Shown: one piece after another, positions 55,898 through 61,268 of the stretch
Layout: each line of letters starts with the position of its first letter
Numbering within the stretch: the first letter of the stretch is position 1
Origin: a virus
Taxonomy: Duplodnaviria > Caudoviricetes
DNA length: 61,268 nt
Direction: 5' to 3' (one strand)
IMG/VR virus record: IMGVR_UViG_3300036791_000423
Location: 1 to 61,268 of that record
Translations under genes and position numbers: made by a program
The notes under the pieces: generated by a model
What the model saw: the letters and a program-made list of their open reading frames with translations, nothing else
The model's database searches: none
What the model was told of the DNA's origin: nothing

Positions 55898-57078
55898 CTC
55901 TGAGCCAGCGCGCTAGTCCAATCACCGTCAACCGATTGCCTGAGTAGCTTGACGTTGTCATACCATCTGGCCTGCCATCTCCAGCTTGCCCAAGAAGAAA
56001 GAAGTCCGGTAACGCATGGATGACCTATCGCACCAGCCAAATGCAGCGCCGCGGTATCCACGCTAATAATCTCATCCATGTTCATCATGAAAGCAGCGCA
56101 ATCGGCCATATCGTCAAACTCGTGAGAAAAAATGCGCCGATCTTTTACCCATCTTGGAGCGTCTTGGACCTGAACGCTATGAAGTTGCGCATCTCCTGGA
56201 AGATGATTGACAAGTAACTCGAGATCGATCTCTCTTGGATAATCGCCATCACTGGGTTTGCCTATGCTCCAGGCGATACCTATTCGTTTGCCCATCTTTA
56301 TGCCAAGATCGCTTCGCTCTTTCTCCTTGATCAATTGAGACGAAATACTGAGATATGGCTCGCCGGACACCTTGAGCGGATCAATGTTAAGCATGTACAA
56401 GAGATGGAGCATCGGGGCAAAAAAATCACAATCGACTAGATCGGCTTCAACTTCGCCGCATTGAATGGCCAGCTCGTGCAACTCCAGCGGCATCACCATA
56501 ACCGCATTCTTGATCCTGTGGACATAACGCAACGTCATGATCGTATCGCCGAGACCGTGAGCATGAAGCAAAAGCAACCGCTTTCCGGTCAATGGTTCAC
56601 CCTTCCATGGTCGAAGACCAAGCGAAAGCGCTTGTTCGACTTGAGGCCTCCTAAACGGCCTATCTTGCTCGCAATCCCAATACTCGTAAAGACCTTCTTT
56701 CCACCGTCCTGCCGCCAACAGGATCATGGCTCTGTTAAACTTGGCTCTCATTGTAGGCGCGGCTCTGAAAGTCAGATCAGCCTCGATGAGTGCATCGTTG
56801 ATCCGATTGATCTTATAAAGCTGAACTGCTCGATTGAAATGCAACAGATAATCGTCAATATCGACCTTCCAGTCATTGGTGACTTTTCGCCTACCAATAG
56901 GCTTGCCTCCAGCAAACACTGTTATTGAATCTGGTATATAGATTTTCTGGCCATCTTGACCTCTGACCTCATAGACTTCACCTTGTCCGGTCAAGCCTCG
57001 CCAGCCATAATCAGTTTCTTCATAGAACACGATTGGGTCCATGTCCTGAAGATCATCCAAAAAAGCTTCTTGCTTCAT
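55894..57078 (-). CDS. TPR-like plus glycosyltransferase (GT9-like) protein
   Basis: HGLGDTIM..RY, IGIAW, IISVDTA..HLAGA.G. Confidence 0.75.
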   Translation of the reverse strand: MKQEAFLDDLQDMDPIVFYEETDYGWRGLTGQGEVYEVRGQDGQKIYIPDSITVFAGGKPIGRRKVTNDWKVDIDDYLLHFNRAVQLYKINRINDALIEADLTFRAAPTMRAKFNRAMILLAAGRWKEGLYEYWDCEQDRPFRRPQVEQALSLGLRPWKGEPLTGKRLLLLHAHGLGDTIMTLRYVHRIKNAVMVMPLELHELAIQCGEVEADLVDCDFFAPMLHLLYMLNIDPLKVSGEPYLSISSQLIKEKERSDLGIKMGKRIGIAWSIGKPSDGDYPREIDLELLVNHLPGDAQLHSVQVQDAPRWVKDRRIFSHEFDDMADCAAFMMNMDEIISVDTAALHLAGAIGHPCVTGLLSSWASWRWQARWYDNVKLLRQSVDGDWTSALAQR

Positions 57079-57079
57079 T

Positions 57080-58165
57080 TTACTTCCATGCAGGAGTAAG
57101 CCAAGCCACACCAGCCGGATTACGCAATACCCAAGACGCGGGCCATCTCATCTTAAGCGCAATGCTGTCGGTCTGGAACAGACTGCGTTCCGGGCCAGTC
57201 GATCCTAATGCACCGGTAGGAACTGAATCCATCAGCAATGCACCAGTATTGGCGGATTCCATCTCCGGAGTCGGACTGATCGCGGCTGCAAGAGCCTGTG
57301 GAGCTATCACAACAACATCGGCACCAACTGCGGCAGAAGCCACCGGGATAATCATCGCATCAGTGCCCTCGGCCTTGAGGCTACCATATCGCCCACTGGC
57401 ACTAGCCAGACGACCGATCGACGAAACAATGAAGAAAGGCCCATTGCCGCCAACCGCACCAACTGCGTTAAGCAGCGTAGACATATCTTCGAAGAATGCC
57501 CCGAATGCATCAGCATTACCACTGGCCGCGAGTGCATTGATCCCGTTACGGATGCCAGCCGGTGCAGCGGCTGTAGCCGCAGTGTTACCGAACAACACTG
57601 CATCCAAAGCCAGACCTGCTGACCTGATCAGTGTATCTCCGACGATTGCCTCCGCATTGCTGCTATCGATCATCTCTCTTGTTAGCACGGCTATCGAAGC
57701 CAGCTTGTGCGGGAGCAATGTCTGTGATGAATCAGGAAACTGGCGAACCGGGATAGGATCACCATCCGCTACAAATCCGCCATTGGCGGCAGAGGCCACA
57801 AAACCCGGCACGCCGATTGCCCCGGCACCATCCCACATGAGCAACAGGCTACGACCCAAGACTTGCGCTCCAGATGAAGCAGCGCCAAGTGCTTGTACGA
57901 TATCCGCGGTAACCTTATGACTGAGCTCCATAGCCCACCCGGGCACCGCGATCATTGCGGGATTTGAAGCCGCCTTGACCACTGCCGCCAGTTCTCTGTC
58001 ACTAGGCCAAAGCTCAGCAACCACATCTTCGAACCTTGACTTTCTTACTACGGCTACTGCCTTGGCAGTCAGCATCCGTCTGAACAGATTACCGCGAGGC
58101 AAATCAAGCGGTGGTTCGCTTTTGCGAAAAGCCGTTGGTTGGGTAGGCTTGATCATCTCATTCAT
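57080..58165 (-). CDS. second HK97-fold capsid-like protein
   Basis: Shares IPVRQ, TL.P.K.A.I...T.EM and RSLFQTDS.AL.M.....W..R..G.VA with 53211-55337. Confidence 0.8.
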   Translation of the reverse strand: MNEMIKPTQPTAFRKSEPPLDLPRGNLFRRMLTAKAVAVVRKSRFEDVVAELWPSDRELAAVVKAASNPAMIAVPGWAMELSHKVTADIVQALGAASSGAQVLGRSLLLMWDGAGAIGVPGFVASAANGGFVADGDPIPVRQFPDSSQTLLPHKLASIAVLTREMIDSSNAEAIVGDTLIRSAGLALDAVLFGNTAATAAAPAGIRNGINALAASGNADAFGAFFEDMSTLLNAVGAVGGNGPFFIVSSIGRLASASGRYGSLKAEGTDAMIIPVASAAVGADVVVIAPQALAAAISPTPEMESANTGALLMDSVPTGALGSTGPERSLFQTDSIALKMRWPASWVLRNPAGVAWLTPAWK

Positions 58166-58324
58166 GGTGGCTCCTATGCGCAAAAGATTTTAGATGCTTG
58201 GAAGCGGTCGCAAATTTCTTTGCGATTTTCTGCCTCCTGGCCTGACAATTAGCACAAGCCAAAAGCCGCTGCCAATTCAGTCTAGCTGTTTTTTCTGCCA
58301 ACAGAAAAGATCGACGAAACGGCC

Positions 58325-58810
58325 TCACGCCCTTGGTTCAGCGTGCGGCGCAATCGGTTGTGCCTCACCGAGCGGCTGAACGCTACCCGCAACCGCTTCA
58401 CCAGCCACGACTTCGATATCACAGATGGTGACAAGACTGCGCACGCCGCTACCAAGATCAGCATCAGCGGTTGCCGTCACCTGACACTGGCCAGCCTTGC
58501 CAACCGGCACAACAGTACAAATAGCACTGTCCTGACCATCAACCCTGACTGTTACAATATCGGTATCAGACGAACTCCAGCTTACCGCACCGTCAACCTC
58601 GGCCGGATTGTTGTTAGCATCCACATAAGTCACTTCCATATTAACTTGGTGATCCACTGGCAGATTATACATCACGTGATCTCCCTCAACGATGATTGAA
58701 AACTGTTCATATTCTATCGTCAACAATTGCTTGCCGATTGACGGCTCTTCGACTTCTTCAACAATCCGGAGCGGATTGGTAAAAACAATTTCAAGCCGTT
58801 GTTCATTCAT
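58325..58810 (-). CDS. Ig-like domain protein (possible capsid decoration)
   Basis: VSWSSSD..IVTV...G...VTATA; alternative start at 58672 has a GAGGGAG RBS. Confidence 0.6.
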   Translation of the reverse strand: MNEQRLEIVFTNPLRIVEEVEEPSIGKQLLTIEYEQFSIIVEGDHVMYNLPVDHQVNMEVTYVDANNNPAEVDGAVSWSSSDTDIVTVRVDGQDSAICTVVPVGKAGQCQVTATADADLGSGVRSLVTICDIEVVAGEAVAGSVQPLGEAQPIAPHAEPRA

Positions 58811-58923
58811 TGCGCCATCCACGCAATCAACATCAGCAATATCAACATGGCACCAATACCAAACCAAACCCAAAGCTTGACGTTATCCAACGGACCGAAA
58901 CGCATTGCCCTACCCCTTTTATT

Positions 58924-60525
58924 CTACCCAATCAATGCTGAGATATCAATGATGTTGCTTTGCATCGGTGCAACGGAAAATGCATCCGCCAGCGCCACCA
59001 ATCCGTCAATCCGCCCATTCGATCGTTGCTTCGACAATTTGCGTGCACTGTCATTGCCCTCGACCACTGCACAAGCCGCGCACATCGCCATCACAGGATG
59101 ATTACCGTGCGCAATATTCCGATCAATGATAGCCTGTTCCATGTCACGCAATGCAGGTGTCATGGTCAAGGTGCCTTGCCCGACCTCGACAAATTTTTCG
59201 GCAATCACCGCATCAGTGAATCCGGCCTGCTTTAGCCACGGCGTAAGATATTTCATACCCCATCGGTCAAACGCCAGCTTCTTGATCGAATACTCCTTGA
59301 AAAATTCGAACAGCCGTTGCGCGACATATTCATAGGATATCGATGCACCGGGTGTGGTCTCGAGAAAACCCTGATCATGCCAAAGATCGTACGGCACATG
59401 GTCACGCTGCGCTTTCTCGCGCAATCCTTCAGACGGCAGCCAAAACCAAGGCTGCACCTGCCACACCTTGTCAACGCGGCCCATGATTACAAACGCGGTA
59501 AGGTCCTGCACCGATGACAGATCAAGACCGGCATAGACCTCGATGCCGTGCAAATCCTTGACCGGCGAGCCACACAGCCGCCACGTGGTCGCGGACACGA
59601 ATGGATTACTGGCTTCGACGCGACGGTTCAGCACAAGATTTTCATATTCAGCCTGACGTGCTGGCATCCGCCTTGCGTTCTCGGCCATTGCGATCACTTC
59701 AGAGCAATTCATAAAAATATCAAAGCTTGGATTGGCAGCCCGGATCGCCGCCTCGGTAAACGGGTCCTCGAATTCCTTGCCTGCCGTGTTCAGCCGCAAT
59801 ACTGTTTTCGGATCATGACCACCCGCCGCATCGTCAATCAGTACTGATAACAGATCATTGTCGTTAGGTGCCTGCGTGCTGATGATGATCGACAACGGGT
59901 CTTCCTGTGCCGCGGTGGCCGTCTCCAGCGCCTCGTATAATGTCGATCGCGGCCCACGCACTTGCCCCAGCTCATCATGCATGATCAAGGCCGGTGACAG
60001 GCCAAAGGCCGTTGTGGCTTCTGCCGCCAAGGCCCGATAGGTAATGCCCAGCGAATCGCAGATCAATGTCTTTACTGACTCCTTGATAGTGATAAAGTTA
60101 TATAGTGCACCGTTGAGCCGGATCATCTTTACCGCTAGGCTAAAGATCAATGCGGCTTGATCCCGCGATGTAGCCGATGAATAAAGCTGGCTGTTCTTGC
60201 GGTATTCAGGCCCTACCAGATGTAACAACAGGATCATCGCCGCTTCGGTGGTCTTGGCGTTCTTGCGTCCACGAGACAAGATCGCGCGCCGTGTCCCATG
60301 TGGATTATCATAGATCGCCCGGAAATCCTCTTTCATAAACTCGGCCATCACCAAAGGCTGTCCGACAAACTTACCTTCTGGTATCTTGATATATTTCTCG
60401 CACCATAGGATATTGCGTTCGGCGCGCGAAAGTAAGATCGGCTGCGGTGGTGCAGCCTTGCTGGCCAACGGCTTGACAACCGGCTTGACCTTCTTCTGAA
60501 CCTTCTTGACCGCCTTACGAACCAT
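58924..60525 (-). CDS. terL: terminase large subunit
   Basis: Walker A GRKNAKT, Walker B IMHDE, IISTQ, nuclease GLDLS...D, RIDG..A. Confidence 0.95.
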   Translation of the reverse strand: MVRKAVKKVQKKVKPVVKPLASKAAPPQPILLSRAERNILWCEKYIKIPEGKFVGQPLVMAEFMKEDFRAIYDNPHGTRRAILSRGRKNAKTTEAAMILLLHLVGPEYRKNSQLYSSATSRDQAALIFSLAVKMIRLNGALYNFITIKESVKTLICDSLGITYRALAAEATTAFGLSPALIMHDELGQVRGPRSTLYEALETATAAQEDPLSIIISTQAPNDNDLLSVLIDDAAGGHDPKTVLRLNTAGKEFEDPFTEAAIRAANPSFDIFMNCSEVIAMAENARRMPARQAEYENLVLNRRVEASNPFVSATTWRLCGSPVKDLHGIEVYAGLDLSSVQDLTAFVIMGRVDKVWQVQPWFWLPSEGLREKAQRDHVPYDLWHDQGFLETTPGASISYEYVAQRLFEFFKEYSIKKLAFDRWGMKYLTPWLKQAGFTDAVIAEKFVEVGQGTLTMTPALRDMEQAIIDRNIAHGNHPVMAMCAACAVVEGNDSARKLSKQRSNGRIDGLVALADAFSVAPMQSNIIDISALIG

Positions 60526-60527
60526 GG

Positions 60528-61079
60528 TTATCCAATCGCCTCCCTAGCCGCACCGCGCTTATCCCATGGTGCACCGGCTGGTGCCTGATCTTCACTGGTA
60601 TAATCCACCGCTAGATTGGTATCATTCCACGGGCTCGCGTGCTGGATCGTTGGCATATTGCGCTCAACATCCCTGCGTATCGCCGCTTTCATATCCTTGT
60701 TTAACGCCATTACTTTGTGTCGGGTTGTCGTATTGGCCCGTGATGCTATACTTAAAGTAGTCGCCAGCTTTTTGACCTGATCGGTAATCTTACGTTGTTC
60801 GATGGACATGAACCGCGCGTTATACCAATCTTTGGCTTTCTTTAGTTCTTTGACAGATTGTTGAAAATCGCGTGATCGCACCACAGCTCTGACATATTCA
60901 GCAAGTATACCAAAAGACTCGCGGGCAAACCAGTTTGGTGGTAATGCACCGACAACCGACTCCCATTCAGCGTTTTCTTCTGCCGTCAATTTATAGTGCA
61001 CTGGTGCCTTTGGGCGCGGTATCTGCGCCAGCATGTCTTCTTCGGTTTGCAACGCTGCATGGGTTAGTTTGCTAGGCAT
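60528..61079 (-). CDS. putative terminase small subunit
   Basis: Directly upstream of terL; P..L......W..VV..L......LA.Y pattern. Confidence 0.65.
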   Translation of the reverse strand: MPSKLTHAALQTEEDMLAQIPRPKAPVHYKLTAEENAEWESVVGALPPNWFARESFGILAEYVRAVVRSRDFQQSVKELKKAKDWYNARFMSIEQRKITDQVKKLATTLSIASRANTTTRHKVMALNKDMKAAIRRDVERNMPTIQHASPWNDTNLAVDYTSEDQAPAGAPWDKRGAAREAIG

Positions 61080-61268
61080 AATTACTTCCGATTTTCCTTA
61101 CAGTGGATTAGGGTCCGATTAGGTCCGATCTGGACTAGGACCGATCTGGCCCTATCATAGGAAATTTTCCTACTTTTGGGATGTCAAGCTAATTCCTTTA
61201 CACTATTCCGATTTTCGGTACGCTAAGTCCTTACGATTATTCGTAAATTCACGATGACTAAATTCTCG

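Noticed and set aside
1-61268. Integrase, repressor, helicase/primase, tRNA or rRNA genes
   Set aside because: None recognised by eye; the genome probably extends beyond the window, so lifestyle cannot be called.

Overview
The window is a 61 kb segment of a tailed dsDNA bacteriophage. The host is probably an alphaproteobacterium (a GcrA-type domain and a CTCGAC-N17-CTATAT promoter point that way). The left part, ~0.8-25.9 kb and mostly + strand, holds many small early genes separated by recurring structured intergenic elements, a 7-deazaguanine DNA-modification cluster (queC, queD, folE, dpdA, queE), a sliding-clamp-like gene and a family A DNA polymerase. The right part, 28.8-61.1 kb on the - strand, is a near-complete late operon: terminases, two HK97-fold capsid genes, portal, a Mu-like contractile tail and baseplate, two paralogous tape-measure-like genes, tail fibres, endolysin and a holin-like gene. 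The standout lies between the two halves. A stand-alone RAMP/Cas7-like gene (24372-25079) and three small genes are followed by a ~2.6 kb non-coding array (25919-28517). The array has 38 units, each a run of 8-22 pentamers of the form NN-(A/G/T)GC closed by a 4-nt AGGC delimiter. It is not a CRISPR array. It looks like a guide-RNA array with a non-contiguous dinucleotide code, and from memory it resembles recently reported phage VIPR loci (unverified here). All protein calls come from motif recognition by eye; no database searches were run.
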